Source: Gemmatimonadaceae bacterium (GTDB lineage: Bacteria; Gemmatimonadota; Gemmatimonadetes; Gemmatimonadales; Gemmatimonadaceae). From it: 64,000 bases of DNA. Shown here piece after piece: positions 19,010 to 27,463 of the stretch. The stretch covers positions 4,781-68,780 of the forward strand of contig DATFFP010000051.1 in assembly GCA_035249985.1 (NCBI GenBank). The letters are read 5' to 3'. The position numbers and the translations under genes are program-made. Position 1 is the first letter of the stretch. Every line of letters begins with the position of its first letter. The notes below the pieces were generated by a model. That model was not told where the DNA came from, did no database searches, and worked only from the letters and a program-made list of their open reading frames with translations.

Positions 19010-20509
19010 ATGAAGCTTTTCAAGAACTTCATCGCTGGCGCCTGGGTCGAGCCGACGACCGGCGAGTACTTCAACAACGTCAATCCTGCCGACACGAGCG
19101 ACATCATCGGACGCTTTCCGTTGTCGTCGCGGGCGGACGTGGACAAGGCGGTCGCGTCGGCACAGCGCGGGTTCGAGCGGTGGCGTCGCACGCCGGCGCC
19201 TGCGCGCGGGGATGTACTTCGAAAGGCGGGAGATATTCTCGTCAGGCGGAAGGACGAGATCGCCGACCTCATGACCCGCGAGATGGGCAAGCCGCTCACC
19301 GAGACGCGCGGGGACGTGCAGGAAGGGATCGACACCGCGTACTACGCGGCGACCGAGGGCCGGCGCCTGTTCGGTCATACCGTTCCGAGCGAGCTCCGCG
19401 ACAAATGGGCGATGAGCTTCCGCCGGCCCATCGGCGTGGCCGGCATTATCACGCCGTTCAACTTTCCACTGGCCATCCCGACCTGGAAAATCTTCCCGGC
19501 GCTGCTGTGCGGCAATGCGATCGTCTTCAAGCCCGCCGAAGACGTGCCTCACACCGGGACGGTGTTCGTGGAGGTGCTTCTCGAGGCGGGACTGCCCTCC
19601 GACGTCATCCAGCTGGTCCATGGAACCGGCGAAGCCGTCGGTGCCGCGATCGTCGAGCATCCCGGTGTATCACTCGTGTCGTTTACCGGCTCGACGGAAA
19701 CCGGGCGCAGCGTGGGGGAAACCTGTGGACGGCTGCACAAGCGACTGTCGCTCGAGATGGGCGGCAAGAACGCGATGATCGTGCTGGACGATGCGGATCC
19801 AGACCTCGCGCTCGAGGGGGTGCTCTGGGGCGCGTTCGGCACCACCGGTCAGCGGTGCACGGCGACGAGCCGACTCATCCTCCAGTCGGGGATTCACGAC
19901 GATTTCCTGAGCCGCCTCGTGAAGCGCGCCCGAGCGCTCAAGCTCGGCGATGGTCGTCGTGAGGGAACCGACGTCGGCCCGCTCGTGAACGAAGCGAGCG
20001 TCAAGAAGGTCGAGCGCTACGTGGACATCGGCGTCGCCGATGGGGCCGACCTCTTGATGGGTGGCCGCCGTGCGGCGGCAAAGGGGCTCGAGAAGGGGTA
20101 CTTCTTCGAGCCGACCATCTTCGCGCGAGTGGAGCAGGGGATGCGCATCGAGCAGGAGGAGATCTTCGGCCCCGTGCTGTCGGTGCTGCGGGTGGAATCG
20201 CCTGACGAGGCCTTCCGCATCAACAACGGGGTGAAGTACGGGCTTTCCTCCTCCCTGTACACACGCGACGTGTCGGTGGCCTTCCGGGCCCTGAGCGAGC
20301 TCGACAACGGAATTACCTACATCAATGCTCCAACCATTGGAGCCGAAGCACATTTGCCCTTCGGTGGGGTAAAGCAGACAGGGAATGGCCACCGCGAGGG
20401 TGGGTGGGAGGTGTACGAGTTCTACTCCGAGACGAAGGTGGGATACGTCGATTTCTCCGGGACGCTGCAGCGGGCACAGATTGACAACTACCTGGGGACG
20501 CCGGACTGA
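19010..20509 (+). CDS. NAD(P)-dependent aldehyde dehydrogenase
   Basis: ORF 18938..20509 trimmed to MKLFKNFIAGAWVE. ALDH motifs: FKPAEDVP, LEMGGKNA (catalytic Glu region) and GTTGQRCTATSR (catalytic Cys). Confidence 0.9.
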   Translation: MKLFKNFIAGAWVEPTTGEYFNNVNPADTSDIIGRFPLSSRADVDKAVASAQRGFERWRRTPAPARGDVLRKAGDILVRRKDEIADLMTREMGKPLTETRGDVQEGIDTAYYAATEGRRLFGHTVPSELRDKWAMSFRRPIGVAGIITPFNFPLAIPTWKIFPALLCGNAIVFKPAEDVPHTGTVFVEVLLEAGLPSDVIQLVHGTGEAVGAAIVEHPGVSLVSFTGSTETGRSVGETCGRLHKRLSLEMGGKNAMIVLDDADPDLALEGVLWGAFGTTGQRCTATSRLILQSGIHDDFLSRLVKRARALKLGDGRREGTDVGPLVNEASVKKVERYVDIGVADGADLLMGGRRAAAKGLEKGYFFEPTIFARVEQGMRIEQEEIFGPVLSVLRVESPDEAFRINNGVKYGLSSSLYTRDVSVAFRALSELDNGITYINAPTIGAEAHLPFGGVKQTGNGHREGGWEVYEFYSETKVGYVDFSGTLQRAQIDNYLGTPD

Positions 20510-20607
20510 AAAGGCGCTGAGGGCGCTGGGGCGCTGCGGGCGCTGCGGGTCAAATGGCCCTCGCCCTTCAGCGCTTCCAGCGCCTTCAGCGCTTCCAGCG
20601 CCTTTTT
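20510..20607. repeat. Hairpin element E3: arms of four 9-nt GCGCTGNNG units, 14-nt loop, closing A/T run
   Basis: 5' arm 20510-20549 is aaaggcgctgagggcgctggggcgctgcgggcgctgcggg. 3' arm 20564-20607 is cccttcagcgcttccagcgccttcagcgcttccagcgccttttt. The GCGCTG cores pair perfectly and the spacers pair mainly as G:U in plus-strand RNA. It starts at the base after the TGA at 20509. Confidence 0.85.
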
Positions 20608-20617
20608 GCTCTTCCCA

Positions 20618-20646
20618 TTGAAATGCTCCGACCCCGTTGGTTTATT
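20618..20646 (+). promoter_or_regulatory. Possible sigma-70-type promoter (TTGAAA-N17-TTTATT) for the lepB unit
   Basis: TTGAAA at 20618-20623 and TTTATT at 20641-20646, in an AT-richer gap just after hairpin E3 and 40 nt before ORF 20686. This is a pattern match only; promoter rules for this lineage are unknown to me. Confidence 0.25.
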
Positions 20647-20685
20647 CCAGCCTATGTCTACCGTGCGTCGCGGTGACATCTTCGC

Positions 20686-20991
20686 GTGAGGCTAACGGCG
20701 GAGGTCGTCGAACGGGTTGTCGGCGCGGTGGAGGGTCGCGGTGATGCTGGCGCGACCGAAGGAAATGCGGGGCTCCTCCTGCTCTCGAGGGACCGCATGC
20801 CCGATCTCGCGTCGCGCCTGCGACGTGACCTCCAGGCGGAAGGGGTAGTCATCTCCGAGATGGGCAAGGCCTCGTCGGGACGGCATACCGTCGTGACGCT
20901 TCGGCTCCCTCCCGGAGCGAAGTCCGCGCTCGAGCACGTGGATGCGCGGCTGCACGTGTGGATATCATTTTGTCTAGCCGAGGCCGGCTGA
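20686..20991 (+). CDS. Hypothetical protein (101 aa), translationally coupled to lepB
   Basis: GTG-start ORF whose TGA overlaps the lepB ATG by 1 nt (TGATG at 20989-20993). GC-rich third positions. No family was recognised. Confidence 0.35.
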   Translation: MRLTAEVVERVVGAVEGRGDAGATEGNAGLLLLSRDRMPDLASRLRRDLQAEGVVISEMGKASSGRHTVVTLRLPPGAKSALEHVDARLHVWISFCLAEAG

Positions 20992-21770
20992 TGACGGAAC
21001 GCCCCCAGACGACCCCCAATCGCGTCGAGATCACCGAGGAGCAGCGCAGGCAAATCCTGCGTGAGCTCAATCGGCCGCGCTCGCGCCTGCGGATGTTCGT
21101 CGACTGGGCGAAGTCCCTCGTCGTCGCCATCGTCCTCTTCCTCCTCATCCGCACGTTCCTCGTCGAGGCATTCAAGATCCCGACGGGAAGCATGGAGCGG
21201 ACACTCCTCGTCGGCGATTTCCTGCTCGTGAACAAGGCCGTCTACGGGGCCGAGATTCCGTTCACCAGCGCGCACCTTCCGCCGATCGCCCGCCCGCAGC
21301 GCGGCGACATCATCGTCTTCGAATGGCCGAAGGATCCGTCGAAGAATTTCGTGAAGCGTCTCATCGGCCTTCCCGGCGATACGCTCGAGATGCGCGACGG
21401 CATCGTGCGGCTCAACGGCCGCGCCCTCGACGAGCAGTACGTCGATCACACGGCGCCGGGTGAAGACCCTTCGGGTGAAGACTTCGAATGGCAGCGAAAT
21501 CACCTCGTAAAACAGGCTGCTGCGAGCGGCGGACCGTACCATCCCTCGCGTAACAACTGGGGTCCGCTGATCGTCCCTGAGAAGAGCTATTTCGTGCTTG
21601 GCGACAACCGGGACAACTCGTACGACAGCCGCTATTGGGGCTTCGTTCCGGACAGCCTGGTGAAGGGTCAGCCCTTCGTCGTGTACTACAGTTATGCGCG
21701 TGACCCCTCACATCGAGTTCCGTGGCTCACCAACATCCGGTGGCGGCGCCTTGGAGAACGCGTTCACTGA
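20991..21770 (+). CDS. lepB: Signal peptidase I
   Basis: ORF 20958..21770 trimmed to MTERPQ. TM SLVVAIVLFLLIRTFLV, catalytic Ser box IPTGSMERTL, GDIIVFEWP, KRLIGLPGD, and box E GDNRDNSYDSRYWGFV. Confidence 0.85.
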   Translation: MTERPQTTPNRVEITEEQRRQILRELNRPRSRLRMFVDWAKSLVVAIVLFLLIRTFLVEAFKIPTGSMERTLLVGDFLLVNKAVYGAEIPFTSAHLPPIARPQRGDIIVFEWPKDPSKNFVKRLIGLPGDTLEMRDGIVRLNGRALDEQYVDHTAPGEDPSGEDFEWQRNHLVKQAAASGGPYHPSRNNWGPLIVPEKSYFVLGDNRDNSYDSRYWGFVPDSLVKGQPFVVYYSYARDPSHRVPWLTNIRWRRLGERVH

Positions 21771-21843
21771 GGGGCCGGAGTCGTCGTCCGCAATACCGCG
21801 CGTCCCCCGCGCGGCGAGGTCGCATCGAGGAGCCGGTGCCCGT

Positions 21844-22701
21844 ATGGGAGTGACCACACACAGGAAGTCGTCGTACGAGGAAGGGTCGCTCGACCAATAC
21901 CTCCGCGACATCAGCATCTATCCGCTGATCTCTCGCGACGAAGAGGTGCGGCTCGCGCAGCGCATCCGCGTGAACGATCAGGAAGCGCTCGACAAGCTCG
22001 TGCGCTCCAATCTTCGCTTCGTCGTCTCCGTCGCGAAGAAGTATCAGAACCAGGGCGTCTCGCTCTCGGATCTCATCAACGAAGGGAACCTCGGACTCAT
22101 CCGGGCCGCCCACAAGTTCGACGAGACCAAGGGCATCAAGTTCATCTCGTACGCCGTGTGGTGGATTCGCCAGGCCATTCTACAGGCGCTGGCGGAGCAG
22201 TCGCGCATCGTGCGCGTTCCGCTCAACCGCGCCGGTACCTTACACCGCATCGGCAAGCGCGCGAACGCGCTGCTTCAAGAGCTCGGCCGCGAGCCGACGC
22301 ACGAAGAGATCGCCGACGGGATGGACATCACCGAGGAAGAGGTCGCGAAAACGATCTCGATCTCGCAGACACATCTCTCTCTCGACGCGCCGCTCACGCC
22401 GGGCGAAGACAACAAGCTGCTCGATTATCTCCCCGATAATCTGAATCCCACGCCCGACGAACAGACGTTCGAGAAGGCGCTGACGGAATCGATCGAGGAG
22501 GCACTCGCGTCGCTCAAGGAGCGTGAGGCGAAGATCCTGCGCCTCTACTTCGGCCTGGACGGCGAGGAGCCGATGACGCTCGAGCAGATTGGCTCGCTCC
22601 TCGGCATCACACGCGAGCGCGTGCGGCAGATCAAGGAGAAGGCGCTGTCCCGTCTGCGCCATGTGTCGCGCGCCCGCGCGCTGGAGTCTTATCTCGGCTA
22701 A
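21844..22701 (+). CDS. rpoD: Primary-like RNA polymerase sigma-70 factor, short (285 aa) form
   Basis: ORF 21694..22701 trimmed to MGVTTHRK. Region 1.2 (LDQYLRDISIYPLISRDEE), region 2 (NLRFVVSVAKKYQNQGVSLSDLINEGNLGLIRAAHKFD, FISYAVWWIRQAI), region 3, and region 4 (EREAKILRLYFGLDG..MTLEQIGSLLGITRERVRQIKEKAL). Confidence 0.85.
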   Translation: MGVTTHRKSSYEEGSLDQYLRDISIYPLISRDEEVRLAQRIRVNDQEALDKLVRSNLRFVVSVAKKYQNQGVSLSDLINEGNLGLIRAAHKFDETKGIKFISYAVWWIRQAILQALAEQSRIVRVPLNRAGTLHRIGKRANALLQELGREPTHEEIADGMDITEEEVAKTISISQTHLSLDAPLTPGEDNKLLDYLPDNLNPTPDEQTFEKALTESIEEALASLKEREAKILRLYFGLDGEEPMTLEQIGSLLGITRERVRQIKEKALSRLRHVSRARALESYLG

Positions 22702-22723
22702 GGGCACGCATTGTCAGCGTTGT

Positions 22724-22756
22724 GAACGGGGCGGCCTTCGGGCTCGCCCCGTTCTT
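22724..22756 (+). terminator. GC-rich stem-loop with UUCG tetraloop after rpoD (possible terminator, weak U tract)
   Basis: GAACGGGGCGGCC-ttcg-GGC(t)CGCCCCGTTC followed by TTGC. About 13 bp of stem with one bulge, 23 nt after the TAA at 22701. It lies in the part of ORF 22722..24722 that I excluded from the peptidase CDS. Confidence 0.45.
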
Positions 22757-22811
22757 GCTCCAGAGAGTGCCGAACGCACTTTTTCCAAGCGAACGCACAC
22801 CTCCCAACCCG

Positions 22812-24722
22812 ATGCGCGCGATCCCTCTCCTGTTGCTCTTCGTCACCGTCGCATGCTCACGCGCAGTGACCGCGCCGACGGTCATCAGCGGGCCGATAGT
22901 CGGCATTCCGGTCGACAGCACCTTCGCACGCGCGATTACCCGCGGCACGCGGACCGATACCGGGGCTCCAGGTCCTCGCTACTGGCAGCAATGGGCCTCC
23001 TACCGCATCTCGGCCCGCCTCGACCCGCGCACCGCACAGCTCGCGGGTGAGGAGACGGTCCGCTACCACAATCGTTCGCCCGACACGCTCCGCCGAGTCG
23101 CTGTCCACCTCCTGCAGAACCTCTTCGCGTCGAACTCCCCGAAAAACGAGAACGTCCCCCTCACCGGTGGCTTGCGCCTCGAGCGCGTGACAGTCGACGG
23201 CCGTGAGCTGGCGCGTGGTGGAGACGGAGGCTACGACGTGCAGGCGACCATTGGATGGATTCCGCTCTCGCGTCCGCTCGCGCCAGGTGATTCGGTCGAG
23301 CTCGGGTTCACGTGGGGCTTTCGCGTCCCGCCCGCCAGCGCGCCGCGCATGGGTCAGGACGGTGAAGTGTTCTTCATCGCGCAGTGGTATCCCATGGTGG
23401 CCGTCTACGATGACGTCAACGGATGGCAGACCGACCCGTACCTCGGCAACGGCGAGTTCTACTACGGCTTCGCGGACTACGACGTGACGCTCACGCTGCC
23501 GACGGGGTGGCTCGTCACCGCGACCGGCGAGCTTCAGAATCCTCGGGACGTCCTCACCGACTCGGCGCTCTTGCGTCTGGAGCGGACGCGCACAGACACG
23601 GGCATCGTGCACATCGTCTGGCGGCGTGACGCAGAGCGCACGCGAACCGATGCGGACGGCCTCCTCGAGTGGAAATACATGGCGCGTGGCGTGCGTGACT
23701 TCGCCTTTGGGACGTCGAATCGGTGGTTGTGGGACGCGACACGTGCCGTCGTTGGTGACGCCAACGGCGACGGACGCGCGGACACTGCCGCCATTCACAC
23801 GATGTTTCGCGCCACCGCGGCAGCGTGGGAGCTTTCGGCTCGCTTCGCCAAGCACTCCGTCGAATTCCTCTCCCGCGACATCTGGCCCTATCCATATCCG
23901 CACATGACGGCCGTCGAGACGACGGTGTATGGAATGGAGTACCCGATGCTGACGGCGATCGCTGCCGTGCAGGACCCGCAGGAGCTGTATACGGTGATCG
24001 CGCACGAGATCGCGCACATGTGGTTCCCGATGCAGATCAGCGCGGATGAGAAACGCTACCCGTGGTACGATGAAGGACTGGCGAGCTACTTCGAAACGCG
24101 CGCCGCGCGCGATCAGTTCGGGCCTGCCGCGGGCGACCCCGCGGTGACCGGGTTCGTGAACTATCTGCGTGCCGCGGGCGGTGACGTCGAAGCGCCGCTG
24201 ATGACGCACAGCGACCGGTATCCCTCGCAAGCCGCATACGTCATCGCGAGCTATGAGAAACCGGTCTCGATTTTCCGCTCGTTGCGCGGCGTGATCGGCG
24301 ACAGCGCGTTCGTGCGCGCATTCAGAGACCACGGCCGGTGGTGGCGGAACAAGCATCCGACGCCGTACGACCTCTGGAACTCGTTCGAGAATGCCAGCGA
24401 CCGCCAGCTCGACTGGTTCTGGCGCACGTGGTTTTACGAGACCTGGACCATGGACCTCGCGATCGCCGGCGGTCGCGTCGTGGGTGACTCGGTCGAGATC
24501 GACATCGAGCGCAGGCAGGCGGCGCCCATGCCAGCGATTCTACTCGTCAGGCGCGAGGGTGGCCGCGAGGATCGAGTGACCGTTCCAGCGAGCGTGTGGC
24601 TCTCCGGCGCGACGCGTCACACGACGCGGGTCGCGGCCTCGCCTCGCGTGCTGAGCGTCGAGCTCGATCCGGACAAGCTCTTCCCCGACCTGATGCGCTC
24701 GAACGATCGCTGGACCCCTTGA
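22812..24722 (+). CDS. M1-family zinc metallopeptidase (lipoprotein/secreted)
   Basis: ORF 22722..24722 trimmed to MRAIPLLLLFVTVACS (lipobox-like). Gluzincin motif HEIAHMWF-X18-E (HEXXH then E 19 residues after the second His, in ...YDEGLASY). Confidence 0.8.
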   Translation: MRAIPLLLLFVTVACSRAVTAPTVISGPIVGIPVDSTFARAITRGTRTDTGAPGPRYWQQWASYRISARLDPRTAQLAGEETVRYHNRSPDTLRRVAVHLLQNLFASNSPKNENVPLTGGLRLERVTVDGRELARGGDGGYDVQATIGWIPLSRPLAPGDSVELGFTWGFRVPPASAPRMGQDGEVFFIAQWYPMVAVYDDVNGWQTDPYLGNGEFYYGFADYDVTLTLPTGWLVTATGELQNPRDVLTDSALLRLERTRTDTGIVHIVWRRDAERTRTDADGLLEWKYMARGVRDFAFGTSNRWLWDATRAVVGDANGDGRADTAAIHTMFRATAAAWELSARFAKHSVEFLSRDIWPYPYPHMTAVETTVYGMEYPMLTAIAAVQDPQELYTVIAHEIAHMWFPMQISADEKRYPWYDEGLASYFETRAARDQFGPAAGDPAVTGFVNYLRAAGGDVEAPLMTHSDRYPSQAAYVIASYEKPVSIFRSLRGVIGDSAFVRAFRDHGRWWRNKHPTPYDLWNSFENASDRQLDWFWRTWFYETWTMDLAIAGGRVVGDSVEIDIERRQAAPMPAILLVRREGGREDRVTVPASVWLSGATRHTTRVAASPRVLSVELDPDKLFPDLMRSNDRWTP

Positions 24723-24777
24723 CCCACGCAGAGCCGCGAAAAAGCTTCTGTCGGCCACCCATCTGACAGGAGTTGCA

Positions 24778-26691
24778 ATGAAAGTCCTCATCGCCGCGGC
24801 AACGGTCATCCCGCTGGCGCTCTCCGCGCAAACGGTTGCACGCGTGGAGGTGTCGCCCGCCGAGACGACGATGGTCGTGGGATCCTCGATCAAGCTCAGA
24901 GCCGTGGCGCGCGACGACAAGGGCGCGGCCATCGCACAAGCGCCCCGCTGGGCGGCTGCCCCGTTCGACATCGCGCAAATCGATAGCACCGGCACGCTCA
25001 CCGCCATCCACCCGGGCGAGATTCACGTCTTCGCCATTGTCGCGGGTCGGCCCGGTCGGGCGACGGTGCGTGTCGCGCAACGCCCACCCTCCCGCCTCCT
25101 GATCGAGAGCGCAGAAGGGAATTCCACGGTCGTGGGCGCAACGCTGCAGCTCCAGGTCGGCGGAATGACGACTGCGAACGACGCGGTAGCCGTTCCCTCG
25201 GCCCGTTGGCGCTCGCGCACGCCGGCGATCGCCGAGGTGAGCCCGAATGGCCTGGTCACCGCCAGAGCGCCGGGACGTGCAACGATCGTCGCCGAGTCGG
25301 GGGCGCTCAGCGCGACCACCGAGATCGTCGTACGCGCGAATCCGGTGCGGGCGGTGAGTGTGGAGCCAGTCACGCGTCCGGCGCGAACCGGCGATGTGGT
25401 GAGGCTGACCGCGACGCTGCGCGACTCGCGTGGCGGTACGGTCACTGGCGTTCCTGTGCGGTGGAGCGTGAGCGGAGCGGGTGCGCAGGTGGATGCCGAT
25501 GGATACTTCGTCGCCGAGGACCCGGGAGTGTACACGGTGACCGCGAGCGTCGGAGGCGTCGGGAGCGCGACGTCGGTGCAGGTCGTGCCGAGGAACGACC
25601 CGCGACGCCTCACGTCAGTCGCGCACGCCGCATTGCCAGACGGAACGATGGGCGCCGAAGTATGGCCGTTCGGAGACGTAGCGTACGTCTCGACGATCAG
25701 CTCTCGCGTCTATGTCTTCGACATCGCCGATCCAACGGCGCCGAAGCTCACCGACTCGATCGTGGTCGACGCGCATCTCGTCAACGACGTCAGTCTCACT
25801 GAGGACGGAAAGCTGGGCGTCCTCACTCGCGAAGGTGCGTCGAACCGCCGCAATGGGCTCGTGTTCTTCGATGCCACCGATCCGCGGCATCCGAAGGTCG
25901 TTTCGGAGTTCACGGAGACGTTGACTGGGGGAGTCCACAGCGCGTTCATCTGGAAGCGCTACGTGTTCGCGACCGACGACGCGACGGGCTCACTGCGCAT
26001 CATCGACTTCAGCGACCCGAAGCAGCCGAAGCAGATTACACGATGGGAGACACCCGACCGTGGATCGCGAATGCTGCATGACGTGTACGTTCGGGATGGC
26101 CTCGCATATCTCGCGTATTGGCGCGACGGGTTGATCGTTCTGGACGTCGGCAATGGTGTGGCCGGGGGCACCATCACGGCGCCCAAGGAGGTATCGCGCT
26201 TCGTCTACGATCACAGTGTGCTGTATCCGCCCGACTTCGTGGCGGGGACGCACGCCGTCTACCCCGCGGGCAAATACATCTTCATTGCGGACGAATCGCT
26301 GTACGGCGCGTTCGACATGTCCAGTCGCGAGCGGATTCCTACGCGCGGGATCGTGCACGTGCTCGATGCGAGCGACATCCGGAACCTGCGCAAGGTGGCG
26401 CAGTACGACCCGATCGAATTCGGAGCGCACAACCTGTGGGTGGAGGACGACTTGCTGTACATCGGCGCCTATGATGGCGGTGTACGCGTGCTGGATGTGA
26501 GCGGCGACTTGCGGGGCGAGCTGCGGGAGCAGGGCCGGGTGATTGGCTCGGTGTATACCGGCGCGCTCGATGGCTATCGGCCCAACCAGGCAATGGCGTG
26601 GAGCGCGATTCCGCACCGTGGCCACATTATGGTCTCCGACATCAATACGGGCTTTTGGGTGGCGAAGGTCTTGCAGCCGCAGGTACCCTGA
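24778..26691 (+). CDS. Secreted protein with Big_2 Ig-like repeats and a C-terminal LVIVD-repeat beta-propeller
   Basis: Signal peptide MKVLIAAATVIPLALSAQ. Four repeats of the type V.V.P....VVG...QL.A....G (Big_2-like). C-terminal half carries LVIVD-like strands (DGLIVLDVGN, GVRVLDVSG, SRVYVFDIAD). Confidence 0.75.
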   Translation: MKVLIAAATVIPLALSAQTVARVEVSPAETTMVVGSSIKLRAVARDDKGAAIAQAPRWAAAPFDIAQIDSTGTLTAIHPGEIHVFAIVAGRPGRATVRVAQRPPSRLLIESAEGNSTVVGATLQLQVGGMTTANDAVAVPSARWRSRTPAIAEVSPNGLVTARAPGRATIVAESGALSATTEIVVRANPVRAVSVEPVTRPARTGDVVRLTATLRDSRGGTVTGVPVRWSVSGAGAQVDADGYFVAEDPGVYTVTASVGGVGSATSVQVVPRNDPRRLTSVAHAALPDGTMGAEVWPFGDVAYVSTISSRVYVFDIADPTAPKLTDSIVVDAHLVNDVSLTEDGKLGVLTREGASNRRNGLVFFDATDPRHPKVVSEFTETLTGGVHSAFIWKRYVFATDDATGSLRIIDFSDPKQPKQITRWETPDRGSRMLHDVYVRDGLAYLAYWRDGLIVLDVGNGVAGGTITAPKEVSRFVYDHSVLYPPDFVAGTHAVYPAGKYIFIADESLYGAFDMSSRERIPTRGIVHVLDASDIRNLRKVAQYDPIEFGAHNLWVEDDLLYIGAYDGGVRVLDVSGDLRGELREQGRVIGSVYTGALDGYRPNQAMAWSAIPHRGHIMVSDINTGFWVAKVLQPQVP

Positions 26692-26697
26692 AGGCAA

Positions 26698-26788
26698 TTG
26701 CGAACTGCGAGCTGCGAACCTTCTGCTCACCATCGCGAGTTCGCAGCTCGCAGCTCGCAGTTCGCAGTTCGCAGTTCGCAGCTGGCAG
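26698..26788. repeat. Hairpin element E4: CTGCGAR heptads, 3 units in the 5' arm versus 7 units in the 3' arm
   Basis: 5' arm 26698-26719 is ttgcgaactgcgagctgcgaac. The 3' array 26740-26788 is ttcgcag ctcgcag ctcgcag ttcgcag ttcgcag ttcgcag ctggcag. The innermost register pairs 20 of 22 positions around a 19-nt loop. It starts 6 nt after the TGA at 26691. Confidence 0.85.
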
Positions 26789-26813
26789 CTGAGCCTCCCT
26801 CCGATCGCCACTC

Positions 26814-27314
26814 ATGGCCCAAACCAGCTCATTCGACATCACGACCGGCGTCGATCTCCAGGAAGTCGATAACGCGATCAATCAGGCGCAGAAGGAGATC
26901 GCGCAGCGCTACGACTTCAAGGGCTCCAAAGCGAGCATCGAATTTCAGCGTGCGCCGGGCAAGCTCGTCCTCGTCGCCGATGATGACTACAAGATGCGCG
27001 CGCTCATGGATGTGCTGCAGGGAAAGCTCATCAAGCGCGGCGTGCCGGTGAAGAACCTCGATATCGGAGAGGTGAAGCCCGCCGGCAACGACACCGTGCG
27101 CCGCGAGATCACGCTGAAGATGTCGCTCGATGGCGACACGTCGAAAAAGGTCGTGGCGGCCATCAAGGAGGCGAAGATGAAGAAGGTCACTGCCGCCATT
27201 CAGGGGGAGCAGGTGCGTGTGAGCTCCGCGTCGAAGGACGAGCTCCAGGCGGTGATGAACCTGCTACGTGGCCAGGACTTTGGCGTCGAGCTGAAGTTCG
27301 GCAATTATCGTTAG
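26814..27314 (+). CDS. yajQ: YajQ-family nucleotide-binding protein (UPF0234)
   Basis: 166 aa. MAQTSSFDITTGVDLQEVDNAINQAQKEIAQRYDFKGS... and the C-terminal KFGNYR are highly characteristic of YajQ. Confidence 0.85.
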   Translation: MAQTSSFDITTGVDLQEVDNAINQAQKEIAQRYDFKGSKASIEFQRAPGKLVLVADDDYKMRALMDVLQGKLIKRGVPVKNLDIGEVKPAGNDTVRREITLKMSLDGDTSKKVVAAIKEAKMKKVTAAIQGEQVRVSSASKDELQAVMNLLRGQDFGVELKFGNYR

Positions 27315-27427
27315 GGGTCTCCTCAGGGTCCTCAGGGTCCTCAGGGTCCTCAGGGTCCGAGGTGCTCGGGGTTTTCGCACCCTGAGGACCCTGAGGACCC
27401 TGAGGACCCTGAGGACCCTGAGGACCC
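27315..27427. repeat. Hairpin element E5: 9-nt CCTCAGGGT units, 4 (+1 partial) in the 5' arm versus 5 in the 3' arm
   Basis: 5' arm 27315-27358 is gggtctcctcagggtcctcagggtcctcagggtcctcagggtcc. The loop is 27359-27378. 3' arm 27379-27427 is (accctgagg)x5 + accc. It starts at the base after the yajQ TAG at 27314 and ends 36 nt before rimO. Confidence 0.9.
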
Positions 27428-27463
27428 TTCGCCGCTCTCTCTCCCCCCACTAGCTTCTCCTGA

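Noticed and set aside
20510-20607. Integron attC sites or gene-cassette recombination sites, since these are imperfect inverted repeats at the 3' ends of genes.
   Set aside because: The flanking genes are core housekeeping genes in conserved operon contexts. There is no integrase, the R''/R' (RYYYAAC/GTTRRRY) core sites are absent, and the arms are tandem-unit arrays, unlike attC.
22857-24356. Very long antisense or alternative-frame ORFs throughout the window. Examples are 22857..24356 (499 aa), 42294..43745 (483 aa), 52794..54296 (500 aa), 33241..34590 (449 aa), 4038..5054 and 6429..7445.
   Set aside because: Each lies opposite or out of frame to a gene with clear family motifs (M1 peptidase HEXXH, RF1 GGQ, SMC, Lnt, sensor kinase). 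Their translations are Arg/Pro/Ala/Gly-rich and low in complexity, as expected from stop-codon depletion in a high-GC genome.
26698-27427. Possible CRISPR arrays, because of the regularly spaced short direct repeats.
   Set aside because: The units are only 7-9 nt and directly abut each other with no spacers. Each array is mirrored by a complementary array (a hairpin). No cas genes are present.
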